Assembly: GCA_964567085.1 (NCBI GenBank) | Contig: CAZMKU010000002.1 | Span: 1 to 57,108, forward strand | DNA length: 57,108 nucleotides | Direction of reading: 5' to 3' | From: an uncultured Clostridium sp. | Lineage (GTDB): Bacteria > Bacillota > Clostridia > Oscillospirales > CAG-272 | Shown: positions 11,685-20,607 of the stretch, one piece after another | Layout of the letters: every line of letters begins with the position of its first letter | How positions within the stretch are numbered: position 1 is the first letter of the stretch | Made by a program: the position numbers and the translations under genes | Notes under the pieces: model-generated | What the model was told of the DNA's origin: nothing | What the model saw: the letters and a program-made list of their open reading frames with translations, nothing else | Database searches by the model: none

Positions 11685-11879
11685 TTAGCCCTGGATCATC
11701 TTTCTGATGTTGGGAGCCATAGCCTCACTCACGATACCGCCACCGCGAAGCTGTCTCTTTCTCTTAGCTGTCTTGATGCCGAGCTTATGACGGCGATTTG
11801 TGTGGTTAATCTTAACCTTACCTGTTCCTGTTGTGGAAAATCTCTTAGATGCAGCCTTATGTGTCTTAATCTTTCCCAT
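11685..11879 (-). CDS. rpmI: 50S ribosomal protein L35
   Basis: 64 aa starting MGKIKTHKAASKRFSTTGTGKVK..., the canonical L35 sequence. Confidence 0.97.
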   Translation of the reverse strand: MGKIKTHKAASKRFSTTGTGKVKINHTNRRHKLGIKTAKRKRQLRGGGIVSEAMAPNIRKMIQG

Positions 11880-11950
11880 TTTAATCCTACTTCCTTTCTT
11901 GGCGCAGCTTTTGCGCGCCTGTGCTTATGCTTTTTTAATTGTAACAAATA

Positions 11951-12487
11951 TTATTTTGCCGATTTCTGATTTATCGGAGAAATAACCATACTCATCATTC
12001 TTCCGTCAACCGAGGGCTTCTTGTCAACAGTACCAACTTCAGAGCAGAATTCACCGAATTTGTCGATGATCTCGCGACCGATCGCCAAGTGGCTCATTTC
12101 TCTGTTGCGGAACTTCATAACTACGCGCACCTTGTTTCCAGAGGACAAAAACCTGCAAGCCTGCTTTGCCTTCGTCTCGAAGTCGTGCGTGTCAATTCTG
12201 GGAGATAACTGGATCTCCTTGAGTTCAATTGTCTGCTGCTTCTTCTTGGCCTCCTTCTCGCGCTTTTCACGCTCGAAACGGTATTTGCCAAAATCCATGA
12301 TCTTACATACGGGCGGATTTGCCTGCGCTGACATAAGAACGAGGTCTGAGCCCTTATCGTATGCCATCTGAAGCGCCTTATCCGAGCTCATCATACCGAG
12401 CTGCTCTCCGTCTGAACCTATAACGCGTACCTCGGGGAAATTTATTTCCTCATTAACGAGAGTATCCTTAGAGTTATTCGCTGCTAT
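11951..12487 (-). CDS. infC: Translation initiation factor IF-3, probable non-canonical ATA start
   Basis: The ORF-track fragment starts at an internal Met. The same frame stays open upstream and reads I-AANNSKDTLVNEEINFPEVRVIGSDGEQLGMMS, the conserved IF-3 N-domain. An ATA at 12485-12487 sits 7 nt after GGAGGTG. Confidence 0.88.
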   Translation of the reverse strand: MAANNSKDTLVNEEINFPEVRVIGSDGEQLGMMSSDKALQMAYDKGSDLVLMSAQANPPVCKIMDFGKYRFEREKREKEAKKKQQTIELKEIQLSPRIDTHDFETKAKQACRFLSSGNKVRVVMKFRNREMSHLAIGREIIDKFGEFCSEVGTVDKKPSVDGRMMSMVISPINQKSAK

Positions 12488-12672
12488 GGTCGTTCACCTC
12501 CAAAAACCAAAATTTTTTGATAATATTTGTTCATCGGAACGTCCCTTGAAAACAAAAAACGCACCGAAGCCAAGACTCCCGTGCACACAATTACCGCATT
12601 CTCACGCGGTTAAAGTTATTGACCTATACTCGACTGTTCGGTAAGGTGGAAGCATGGGACTTCGCTTTATTC
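12488..12672 (-). promoter_or_regulatory. Putative L20-responsive leader of the infC-rpmI-rplT operon, with an attenuator hairpin
   Basis: About 185 nt of untranslated leader lies between a consensus promoter and infC. It contains an intrinsic-terminator-like hairpin (RNA GCACGGGAG-UCUUGG-CUUCGGUGC followed by GUUUUUUGUUUUC; plus-strand coordinates 12552-12585). This matches the Firmicute L20-leader attenuation design. The assignment rests on context, not on a covariance-model hit. Confidence 0.45.
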
Positions 12673-12678
12673 CCGAGT

Positions 12679-12707
12679 ATTATATCATATTCCCTCCCTT
12701 TTGTCAA
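12679..12707 (-). promoter_or_regulatory. Sigma-A type promoter of the infC operon
   Basis: The minus strand reads TTGACA-17 nt-TATAAT, a perfect consensus. The -35 is at 12702-12707 and the -10 at 12679-12684. Confidence 0.65.
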
Positions 12708-12843
12708 TAGCCAAAATAAAAAAATTTCTAAAAATTTGCCGTCGTTGCAATATGCACAAAAATCACTACGACATTATAGCAAAAATTTCTATGTGCTATT
12801 TAAAATGCCGAAAATTTCTGACAAAAATCGTTCAATTTGAATA

Positions 12844-12992
12844 TTTACAAACGTCGTTTTTTGATGTATAATAAATCCATGAGGGGTGGATACCCCTCCA
12901 AGGAGATAAAAAGCGCAGTCAATGAACGGTGTCTACGCGGTATCAATCTTATGATACAGAGCAGCGGCCGCATATTTGGCTGTGCTTTTTTT
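12844..12992 (+). ncRNA. Orphan promoter, hairpin and intrinsic terminator unit (candidate ~110-nt small RNA or leader)
   Basis: TTTACA (12844-12849), 17 nt, TATAAT (12867-12872). A 5' hairpin GAGGGGU-GGAU-ACCCCUC follows. The terminator at 12961-12992 has an 8-bp GC-rich stem with one bulge, then TTTTTTT. No credible ORF lies inside the unit. Confidence 0.35.
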
Positions 12993-13041
12993 ATTTTTAC
13001 TTTAAATCTTTCGATAAATTGTAAATATTCTTAAAAAACTA

Positions 13042-13070
13042 TGGAAAAACGCGTATATTTGTGTTATAAT
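13042..13070 (+). promoter_or_regulatory. Probable lon promoter (extended -10)
   Basis: TGGAAA, 17 nt, then TGtTATAAT (the -10 is at 13065-13070), about 100 nt upstream of the lon ATG. Confidence 0.45.
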
Positions 13071-13173
13071 ATTATAATTGAAGGAATATTTTGATCTTCA
13101 ACCACGCGCTTGCGCAAAAAATTACGGAAATCCTTCACACAAAGCAAGAAATTACCCTCGGGAGATATAAATT

Positions 13174-15585
13174 ATGTCAGACATTATCGAAAAAGTGGAA
13201 AAGCTCTCGCTCCCTCTGATAGTTTTGGAGGACATCGTAGCATTTCCGTCGGAAATAATAAATTTTCAACTAAAAAAGGACAGCTACGGCTCTCACGTAG
13301 CCGCAAGCGAGGCGGCAGACGGCTCGCGCTTCGCGTTCGCGCTCCCGCTCGTTGACAACGGCGAGGGCGAGATGATACCCTTCGACGTCGGCACGGTTAT
13401 TAAGATCAAGCAGCTCGTAAAGGCAAACGATGGCACTCAAAGAGTTGTTGCCGAAGGATTTTCCCGCGCTATTATGATGTCGTACAAGGAATCGGGCAAG
13501 CACAACACCGCAGAGGTCATCTGCAAGACTATGGTGCTCCCCGAGGACGGAAGCGTCAAGGGCGAGGCTTACAAGCGCCGTATGATCGAAGCGGTCGAAA
13601 AGATACATAAGCTCGTTCCCTCGATCCCAAAGGAAATAGTAAGCACTGCAAAATCAATCAGAAATCCCGCTCTTCTTGCGGATTTTATCGCGTCGAACGT
13701 ACTCGTAAAGCACGGCGACAAGCTTGAAATCCTCCATATTTTCAATCCATATCAAAGAATGGAGACTCTGCTTGCGCTTCTTGACAACGAAATCGAGATA
13801 TTGACGGTTCAGGCGAGCATTCACAAGAAAACGCAGGCGAGGATCAACAAGACACAGAAGGACTTTTATCTTCGCGAGGAAATGCGCGCCATTCAGGACG
13901 AGCTCGGTGACTCTATGTCCGAGATCGACGAATACAGATACAAGGTCGAGAGGCTTGACGCGCCCGACGAGGTCAAGAAAAAATTGAACCGCGAGATAGA
14001 CAGACTCGCAAAATCCCCCTTCGGCAGCGCCGAGGCAACCGTGCTCTCGAACTATCTCGACACCTGCCTCGAGCTTCCTTGGAACAAAACGACGCGTGAC
14101 CGCGCCGACGTTGACCGCGCTCGCGCCATTCTCGACCGCGACCACGAGGGACTCACAGACGTAAAAGAAAGACTTCTTGAATTTTTAGCGGTAAAGCAGT
14201 TAAATCCTGAGCTTAAAGGACAGATAATATGTCTTGACGGCCCTCCTGGTGTAGGTAAGACTTCCATCGCGTCGTCGCTTGCGCGCGCTATGAACCGAAA
14301 GTACGTGCGCGTTTCTCTCGGCGGAGTAAGAGATGAGGCAGACATTCGCGGTCACAGAAAGACATACGTCGGCGCTATGCCCGGCAGGATCATATCCGCC
14401 ATCATTCAGGCAGGCGTGAAAAATCCGCTCGTGCTTCTCGATGAGATCGACAAGCTCGCAAGCGACGGCCGCGGAGACCCCTCATCCGCTCTTCTTGAGG
14501 TGCTTGACCCCGAGCAAAACAAGGCGTTCCGCGACCACTTCGTCGAAATGCCCTTCGACCTCTCGGACTGCATTTTCATCGCGACGGCGAACACGCTCGA
14601 CACAGTTCCCCGCCCGCTTATCGACAGAATGGAAATTATCCATCTTGAGACGTACACGAAGAGCGAAAAGATCGGAATTGCGAAAAATCACCTCATCCCC
14701 AAGCAGCTTAAGCGCCACGGGCTTACGAAGAGAAATCTCAAGCTCACCGACGCTGCGCTCGAGGAGATAATCGACTCCTACACGCGAGAATCGGGTGTTC
14801 GTAATCTTGAGCGCGAGCTTGGCTCTCTTTGCAGGAAGGTAGCTCTGCGCGTTATCAACGAGGATGCAAGAACTGTTCGTATTGATGCGACAGACGTAAA
14901 GAAATATCTCGGCCCCCAAAAGGTGCTCCCCGAAAAGATCCCGACGGAAAATCAGATCGGCGTGGTGAACGGACTTGCATACACGCAGGTCGGCGGCGAT
15001 CTTCTCAAAATTGAGGTTGCCATTCTCGACGGCACGGGCAAGATAGAGCTTACGGGAAGCCTTGGCGACGTTATGAAGGAATCCGCAAAGGCGGCAATTA
15101 CCTGCGCGCGTCAGCTCTGCGACAAATACGGAATCCCCTCAGATTTCTATCAGAAAAAGGACATTCACATTCACGTTCCCGAGGGCGCTATTCCGAAGGA
15201 CGGCCCCTCTGCGGGCGTTACGATGCTCACAGCGCTCGTGAGCGCGCTTTCGGGCATTCCCGTAAAGCGCGACGTGGCTATGACGGGAGAGATCACTCTT
15301 CGCGGCAACGTGCTGGCGATCGGCGGTCTCCGTGAAAAGACGATGGCGGCGTTCTCCGCAGGCGTCAAGACGGTAATTATCCCCGCCGACAACGTAAAGG
15401 ACATCGAAAAGACCGACGCGCTCGTGCGCGAAAATATTACGTTCATTCCCTGCCGACGCGCAAGCGAGGTTCTTGTAGCGGCGCTTGATATAAAGAGCCG
15501 CGAGACTACTGCGAGCGACGATGCAGTCCCCATATTTATAGGCGAGACCGCTACGGCAAAAATTCACGTAAACACAGGAGCTTAA
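13174..15585 (+). CDS. lon: ATP-dependent Lon protease (endopeptidase La)
   Basis: 803 aa with Walker A GPPGVGKTS, LLDEIDKL, and the protease catalytic region KDGPSAGVTM...MTGEITLRG. Confidence 0.96.
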   Translation: MSDIIEKVEKLSLPLIVLEDIVAFPSEIINFQLKKDSYGSHVAASEAADGSRFAFALPLVDNGEGEMIPFDVGTVIKIKQLVKANDGTQRVVAEGFSRAIMMSYKESGKHNTAEVICKTMVLPEDGSVKGEAYKRRMIEAVEKIHKLVPSIPKEIVSTAKSIRNPALLADFIASNVLVKHGDKLEILHIFNPYQRMETLLALLDNEIEILTVQASIHKKTQARINKTQKDFYLREEMRAIQDELGDSMSEIDEYRYKVERLDAPDEVKKKLNREIDRLAKSPFGSAEATVLSNYLDTCLELPWNKTTRDRADVDRARAILDRDHEGLTDVKERLLEFLAVKQLNPELKGQIICLDGPPGVGKTSIASSLARAMNRKYVRVSLGGVRDEADIRGHRKTYVGAMPGRIISAIIQAGVKNPLVLLDEIDKLASDGRGDPSSALLEVLDPEQNKAFRDHFVEMPFDLSDCIFIATANTLDTVPRPLIDRMEIIHLETYTKSEKIGIAKNHLIPKQLKRHGLTKRNLKLTDAALEEIIDSYTRESGVRNLERELGSLCRKVALRVINEDARTVRIDATDVKKYLGPQKVLPEKIPTENQIGVVNGLAYTQVGGDLLKIEVAILDGTGKIELTGSLGDVMKESAKAAITCARQLCDKYGIPSDFYQKKDIHIHVPEGAIPKDGPSAGVTMLTALVSALSGIPVKRDVAMTGEITLRGNVLAIGGLREKTMAAFSAGVKTVIIPADNVKDIEKTDALVRENITFIPCRRASEVLVAALDIKSRETTASDDAVPIFIGETATAKIHVNTGA

Positions 15586-15586
15586 A

Positions 15587-16192
15587 ATGGCTTTAAATAC
15601 ACAAAACGTAAATCTCAAAATGACCGCAGGTCTTGCAAGCCAATTCCCACGCGATCCCATTCCGCAGCTTGCGCTCTCGGGTCGCTCGAACGTTGGAAAA
15701 AGCTCTCTCATAAACACTCTGCTGGGCAGAAAATCCTTAGCTCGCGTGTCCGCGACCCCGGGTAAGACCATCACGGTAAACTTCTACGAGGTTGACAAAA
15801 AGCTCTTCCTCGTCGACCTCCCGGGCTACGGCTTTGCGGCAAGAAATCCCGCAGACCGCGACAAATGGAGCGCGCTTACCGACGGCTATTTTACCAAAAA
15901 CCCCAATATCGACCTTGTAAAAGGCGTAATTCAGCTTATCGACAGCCGCGCGGGCATCACCAAGGACGACAGAATGATGCTCGAGTGGATGAACGCGACG
16001 GGTATGTACTACATCATAGTTATCACCAAGATCGACAAGCTCAACAAGACCGACAGGGCCGCTTGCATCGAAAAAATCACAAACGATCCGTCGATACATC
16101 CCGACACAAAAATTATTCCTTTCTCATCACTCAAGGGCGAGGGCAAGGCAGAGCTCTGGCGTGAAATTTCTATCTGCTCGGGCGTGAAATAA
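15587..16192 (+). CDS. engB: Ribosome biogenesis GTP-binding protein EngB/YsxC
   Basis: 201 aa with G1 GRSNVGKSS, DLPGYG and TKIDK. It lies immediately downstream of lon, as in B. subtilis lonA-ysxC. Confidence 0.92.
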   Translation: MALNTQNVNLKMTAGLASQFPRDPIPQLALSGRSNVGKSSLINTLLGRKSLARVSATPGKTITVNFYEVDKKLFLVDLPGYGFAARNPADRDKWSALTDGYFTKNPNIDLVKGVIQLIDSRAGITKDDRMMLEWMNATGMYYIIVITKIDKLNKTDRAACIEKITNDPSIHPDTKIIPFSSLKGEGKAELWREISICSGVK

Positions 16193-16315
16193 GTGCAGAG
16201 TTAAGAGTTAAGAGTGCAGAGTTAAGGACGATTTTCGCATAAGCGAAAATCCGCATTTATTTTATTTCAACTCCGCACTCTGCACTTCATCTGCTCTGCA
16301 TTCCGCACTCTGCGC
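16193..16315. repeat. Compound palindromic repeat element, probably serving as the engB terminator
   Basis: GTGCAGAGTTAAG occurs twice on the left (16193-16205 and 16215-16227, where the second copy is preceded by an extra AG at 16213-16214). Its reverse-complement core CCGCACTCTGC occurs twice on the right (16273-16283, 16303-16313). These arms flank a perfect 9-bp hairpin GATTTTCGC-ATAA-GCGAAAATC (16230-16251). Confidence 0.55.
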
Positions 16316-16345
16316 TCCAACAAACTATCAATTAAGGATTAAACT

Positions 16346-17647
16346 ATGATCTTATATCCTCATCTTTCAATAAATGAAAAGGGCCACCTGACGATCGGCG
16401 GGCTTGACACGGTGGAGCTTGCCGCAGAATACGGCACACCCGCCTATATTATGGATGAAACCGTGATCCGCGAAAATATGCGCGAATACAAAAACGCCGC
16501 CGAAAAATATTTCGGAGATGGCGCGCTTCCGCTCTTTGCCTCTAAGGCTCTCTGCTTTGTCGAGATCTACAAGATCGCCGCCGAGGAGGGGCTTGGCATC
16601 GACTGCGTTTCGGGCGGTGAGCTCTACACAGCAAAGACAGCAGGCTTCCCTGCCGAGCGCATTTATTTCCATGGAAACAATAAAACACAACGCGACATCC
16701 AAGACGCTATGGATATGGGCGTCGGCCACTTCGTTGTAGACAACACAAATGAGCTTTACGCGGTAAACTGTGAAGCCGCAAAGCGTGGAATCAAGCAGAA
16801 CATTCTGCTCCGCATCACACCCGGCATCGACCCCCACACTCACAAGGCGGTGGTTACGGGAAGCGTTGACTCCAAATTCGGAAACGCGATCGAAACGGGA
16901 CAGGCTATGGATATTGTAAAGCTTGCGATCTCGCTTGAGAACGTAAATCTTAACGGTCTGCACTGTCATATCGGCTCGCAGATATTCGATATTGAGCCCT
17001 TCGCATCGGCGGCGGAAATTATGACGAGGTTTATCGCCGACATAAAGAGCGAATGCAATTTCGAGATAAATCAGCTCAATCTCGGCGGCGGTCTCGGCGT
17101 CAAATACCTCGACTCCCAGCCAAACGTAAATTATGCGGAATCCATTCGCGAAATAGCCGAGATCGTTAAGGCACAGTGCGACAAGCACGGCGTCAAAATG
17201 CCCGAGGTACGCCTCGAGCCGGGCCGCTCCATCGTTGCCAACGCGGGAATCACTCTCTACACGGTTGGCGGCATCAAGGAGATCCCGGGCTTCCTCAACT
17301 ACATTTCGGTTGACGGCGGCATGCCCGACAATCCCCGCTACGCGCTCTATCAGTCTCCCTATACGTTCATTATCGCAAACAAAGCAGACAAGCCTCGCGA
17401 CTATCTTGCAACCATCGCGGGCAGATGCTGTGAATCAGGCGACCTGCTCGGCGAGAGAGTGGAAATTCAGTCCGCCGAGGTCGGCGACATTTTAGCAACT
17501 CTCACAACGGGAGCATACAATTATTCTATGTCCTCAAACTACAACCGAATCCCCCGACCGCCCGTCGTTTTCGTGCGGAACGGAGAATCCCGCGTGGTAG
17601 TAAGACGCGAAAGCTACGAGGACCTTATCCGAAACGACGTTTTCTAA
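16346..17647 (+). CDS. lysA: Diaminopimelate decarboxylase
   Basis: 433 aa with fold-III PLP decarboxylase motifs: FASKALCF (PLP lysine region), HCHIGSQ, LNLGGGLGV, EPGRSIVA and CESGD. Confidence 0.93.
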   Translation: MILYPHLSINEKGHLTIGGLDTVELAAEYGTPAYIMDETVIRENMREYKNAAEKYFGDGALPLFASKALCFVEIYKIAAEEGLGIDCVSGGELYTAKTAGFPAERIYFHGNNKTQRDIQDAMDMGVGHFVVDNTNELYAVNCEAAKRGIKQNILLRITPGIDPHTHKAVVTGSVDSKFGNAIETGQAMDIVKLAISLENVNLNGLHCHIGSQIFDIEPFASAAEIMTRFIADIKSECNFEINQLNLGGGLGVKYLDSQPNVNYAESIREIAEIVKAQCDKHGVKMPEVRLEPGRSIVANAGITLYTVGGIKEIPGFLNYISVDGGMPDNPRYALYQSPYTFIIANKADKPRDYLATIAGRCCESGDLLGERVEIQSAEVGDILATLTTGAYNYSMSSNYNRIPRPPVVFVRNGESRVVVRRESYEDLIRNDVF

Positions 17648-17669
17648 ACCTATCCGAAAGGAATAAATT

Positions 17670-18389
17670 ATGATCTTAAACACTTTATATCAGTTTGCCG
17701 CGGGAGAATGGAGAAGCGCGGTCATCGAGCTTCTGTTCACCCTGCTCATCGTACTGTTTGCTCTCTCAATTCACGAGGCGGCGCACGGCTACGTAGCTTA
17801 TAAAATGGGCGACCCTACGGCGAAGAACCTTGGCAGACTTACAATAAACCCCACAAAGCATTTAGACCCCGTCGGCTTTATCGCGATGCTCGTATTCGGC
17901 TTCGGTTGGGCAAAGCCCGTGCCGATAAACACAAGAAACTTCAAAAATTCCAAATGGGGCATGGCGCTCACGGGTATTGCGGGCCCCGTCGCCAATCTTC
18001 TCATGGGAATTATCGGCGCTATTCTCTACGGATTCTTGACTCCGTGGTGTATAAAAATGAGCTACTCCGATGGCATTGTCGCAAATCTTGCAAACGTTTT
18101 GCCGCTATTTTTCTACCTTTGGGCAATGTACAATCTTATATTTATGGCGTTCAATCTTATTCCCCTGCCGCCCTTTGACGGCTCGAGATTCTTCTACGCC
18201 TTCCTCCCCGCAAACGTGTATTTCAAGGTTATGAAATACGAGCGCTACATTCTTATCGGAATGTTCGTCGTTCTTTTCGTGCTCTCGAGATTCTTTGACT
18301 TCTCTCCGTTTACGTGGATAGCCGACAAGATCTTCTATTTTATAGCAACACCCTTCTACCGACTCGGCGTAAACTTATTCTTAGTTTAA
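17670..18389 (+). CDS. Site-2 protease family (peptidase M50) membrane metalloprotease
   Basis: 239 aa and polytopic, with HEAAHG (HExxH) in TM1 and FNLIPLPPFDGS (the NxxPxxxLDG-type motif). Confidence 0.82.
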   Translation: MILNTLYQFAAGEWRSAVIELLFTLLIVLFALSIHEAAHGYVAYKMGDPTAKNLGRLTINPTKHLDPVGFIAMLVFGFGWAKPVPINTRNFKNSKWGMALTGIAGPVANLLMGIIGAILYGFLTPWCIKMSYSDGIVANLANVLPLFFYLWAMYNLIFMAFNLIPLPPFDGSRFFYAFLPANVYFKVMKYERYILIGMFVVLFVLSRFFDFSPFTWIADKIFYFIATPFYRLGVNLFLV

Positions 18390-18410
18390 ATTCAAAGGAG
18401 GTCAGACCCC

Positions 18411-19199
18411 ATGGAAGAAATTAAATATCGCATAGGGGACTTTGATGGGCCGCTTGATCTTCTTCTTACCCTGATTCAGAAAAACAAGGTCGAAATACAG
18501 GACATTCCTATCTCCCTTATCTGCGATCAATATATGGCGTATATCAACGAGGCTCAAAAGCTGAATATGGATATAGCCACGGAATTCCTTGTAACCGCGA
18601 GCGAGCTTATGCTCATCAAGAGTAAAATGCTGCTTCCCAAGGTCAAGGAAGACGAGGAGGACCCGAGAGCCGCTTTGGCCGACGCGCTCATTAAGTACGC
18701 GCAGGCAAAGGAAGCCGCAAAGAAAATGGCGCTCCTCTACCCCAAATACAGCGGCAGACTTGAAAAGGATACGGACGAAATTTCCATCGACAAGAGCTTC
18801 GTGGCCGATCAGGAAATTGAGTCTCTGACTCAGGCAATCCGCAGAATTATTACCTACAACGAAAACAGACCCAAGCTTGAAAAGAATATTTTCAAGCCAA
18901 TGATAAGCTCCCCCATAGTTCCCGTTGAGGTAAAGATCGTGGGAATTCTTAATAGAATGGGCGAGGCAACACAGCCCACCAAGATAAAGTCGCTCCTTGA
19001 GGACGCGACCTCGCTTCCCGATATGATAGCGATCTTTTTGGGTATTTTAGAGCTTATAAAGATCCGCAGAATACTTATCTGCGACAACGACGAATTTTCC
19101 ACCATTCTCGACGACGAGGCTACTCTCGTTCTGAATGAGAATTATACAGAGGAAATGTCACGTGACAACGACGCGAAGGAGGACGAAACAAATGAATGA
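18411..19199 (+). CDS. scpA: Segregation and condensation protein A
   Basis: 262 aa. GDFDGPLDLLLTLIQKNKVEIQDIPISLICDQY is the typical ScpA N-terminus. It is followed by an overlapping scpB. Confidence 0.9.
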   Translation: MEEIKYRIGDFDGPLDLLLTLIQKNKVEIQDIPISLICDQYMAYINEAQKLNMDIATEFLVTASELMLIKSKMLLPKVKEDEEDPRAALADALIKYAQAKEAAKKMALLYPKYSGRLEKDTDEISIDKSFVADQEIESLTQAIRRIITYNENRPKLEKNIFKPMISSPIVPVEVKIVGILNRMGEATQPTKIKSLLEDATSLPDMIAIFLGILELIKIRRILICDNDEFSTILDDEATLVLNENYTEEMSRDNDAKEDETNE

Positions 19200-19776
19200 C
19201 GAGATAAAGCCAATAGCCGACGTGACGAGCGCTATTGAAGCCATACTTTTCGCCGCGGGACACCCCGTAGAATACGAAAAGCTTTCAGCCGTTCTGGGCC
19301 TTTCGGTAAAAGACGTCAAGACGATCTGCTCAGAAATGGCAAAGAATTACGAAAGCCCCGCATCCCACAGAGGACTCCTTCTGCTTACGTACCCCGACGG
19401 CTGCCAGCTCGCGACCAAGGAGGATTACCTTCCCTATATACGCGAGGCTCTCGGTATCAAGCGCGGAGGAAATCTTTCAAACTCAACTCTTGAAGCGCTC
19501 GCTATCGTGGCTTACAACCAGCCCGTGACCCGCTCGGACGTTGATAATATACGTGGCGTTGACTCCTCATACGCTATGACCTCCCTCGTGGACAAGGGAC
19601 TTATCGAGGTCTGCGGCAGACTCGAGGCGCCCGGCCGTCCCATGCTTTACGCGACAAGCGACAAATTCTTGCGCGTGTTCGGCATCTCGTCTCTTGAAGA
19701 GCTTCCCGTGACCGAGCTTACGAGCATTCCCGACGAAAACGCGGAAAACACCGACGTCGAGACCGTAACCGTATAA
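19192..19776 (+). CDS. scpB: Segregation and condensation protein B
   Basis: The ATG at 19192 (MNDEIKP) overlaps the scpA stop and has AAGGAGGA 8 nt upstream. The sequence AIEAILFAAGHPV...LEALAIVAYNQPVTRSDVDNIRGV is ScpB. The ORF-track start at 19135 is an overextension. Confidence 0.9.
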   Translation: MNDEIKPIADVTSAIEAILFAAGHPVEYEKLSAVLGLSVKDVKTICSEMAKNYESPASHRGLLLLTYPDGCQLATKEDYLPYIREALGIKRGGNLSNSTLEALAIVAYNQPVTRSDVDNIRGVDSSYAMTSLVDKGLIEVCGRLEAPGRPMLYATSDKFLRVFGISSLEELPVTELTSIPDENAENTDVETVTV

Positions 19777-19807
19777 CAGAGACCTTTTCAAAATTCTTAC
19801 GAAAGGA

Positions 19808-20563
19808 GTGATAGCTATAACCGTTCCGCAGATAATTCTGACGGTATTTTTGAGTCTGCTTGGTCTTATCGTTCTTCTTTTGACGCTGATGATCGCAGTA
19901 AGAGTCAAGGTGAATTTAAAAATACAGGACGAGCTTTCATTGTTTATCTCTTTTTTAGGCGTAAGAATTCAAATATTACCAAAGAAAAAGAAAAAATACA
20001 AATTAAAAAATTACACTCTCAAAAAAATTCGCGCCCGCGAGGAAAAGCAAGCAAAAAAGGACGCGAAAAAGGCGCAAAAGAAGGCTGAGAAGGCCGCCGC
20101 TAAAAAGGCAAAGGGCAAAAAGCCGAAATTGACGAAGGAAGAAAAGGCGGCAAAGCGCGCGGAGAGACCAAGTATTCCAGATATGGCGTCTCTTTTCATC
20201 GAGCTTTTGAACCTGTTGCCCCGCACCTTCCTTGCGCGATTTCATTTCCATATAGCCAAGCTTCATATAACCGTCGGCGGCGACGATGCCTCAAAGTCGG
20301 CTATCACCTACGGCGCAATTTGCGGCGCGCTCTATCCCCTGCTTGAGTTTTTAGACCGACACTCAAATCTCCACAGAAAAAATGCCGACATTCACGTTGA
20401 CGTGGACTACACGGCGGAGAAGATCAAATTCGACGGTGACGTCGCGTTCTCAATGAGCATATTCGGCCTGCTCGCCATAGCGCTCAAGCTGGCATTCAAG
20501 TTCCTTGTCGGCTGGATAAAGATCAAGCCCGACACAAGCGACACAAGCCGCAAGGTAAAATAA
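19808..20563 (+). CDS. DUF2953-type (YtfI-like) sporulation-associated membrane protein
   Basis: An N-terminal TM segment is followed by a Lys/Ala-rich linker. The gene sits directly upstream of ytfJ, as ytfI does in Bacilli and Clostridia. The GTG start and family assignment come from context and composition. Confidence 0.6.
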   Translation: MIAITVPQIILTVFLSLLGLIVLLLTLMIAVRVKVNLKIQDELSLFISFLGVRIQILPKKKKKYKLKNYTLKKIRAREEKQAKKDAKKAQKKAEKAAAKKAKGKKPKLTKEEKAAKRAERPSIPDMASLFIELLNLLPRTFLARFHFHIAKLHITVGGDDASKSAITYGAICGALYPLLEFLDRHSNLHRKNADIHVDVDYTAEKIKFDGDVAFSMSIFGLLAIALKLAFKFLVGWIKIKPDTSDTSRKVK

Positions 20564-20607
20564 AGTAAAATAAAAATTATTAACATAAAAAAGAGAGGAT
20601 TAAAATT

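Noticed and set aside
16193-16345. Lysine (L-box) riboswitch upstream of lysA
   Set aside because: Only about 150 nt is available, and it is filled by the palindromic repeat element. I could not find the conserved L-box core (for example GAGGCGC) or the multi-stem layout.
19960-20170. A-rich tract (AAAGAAAAAGAAAAAATACAAATTAAAAAA) and Lys/Ala-rich coding segment considered as a slippery frameshift site or degenerate gene
   Set aside because: The frame stays open through the tract and continues into a hydrophobic C-terminal domain consistent with DUF2953. No alternative frame gives a better product.
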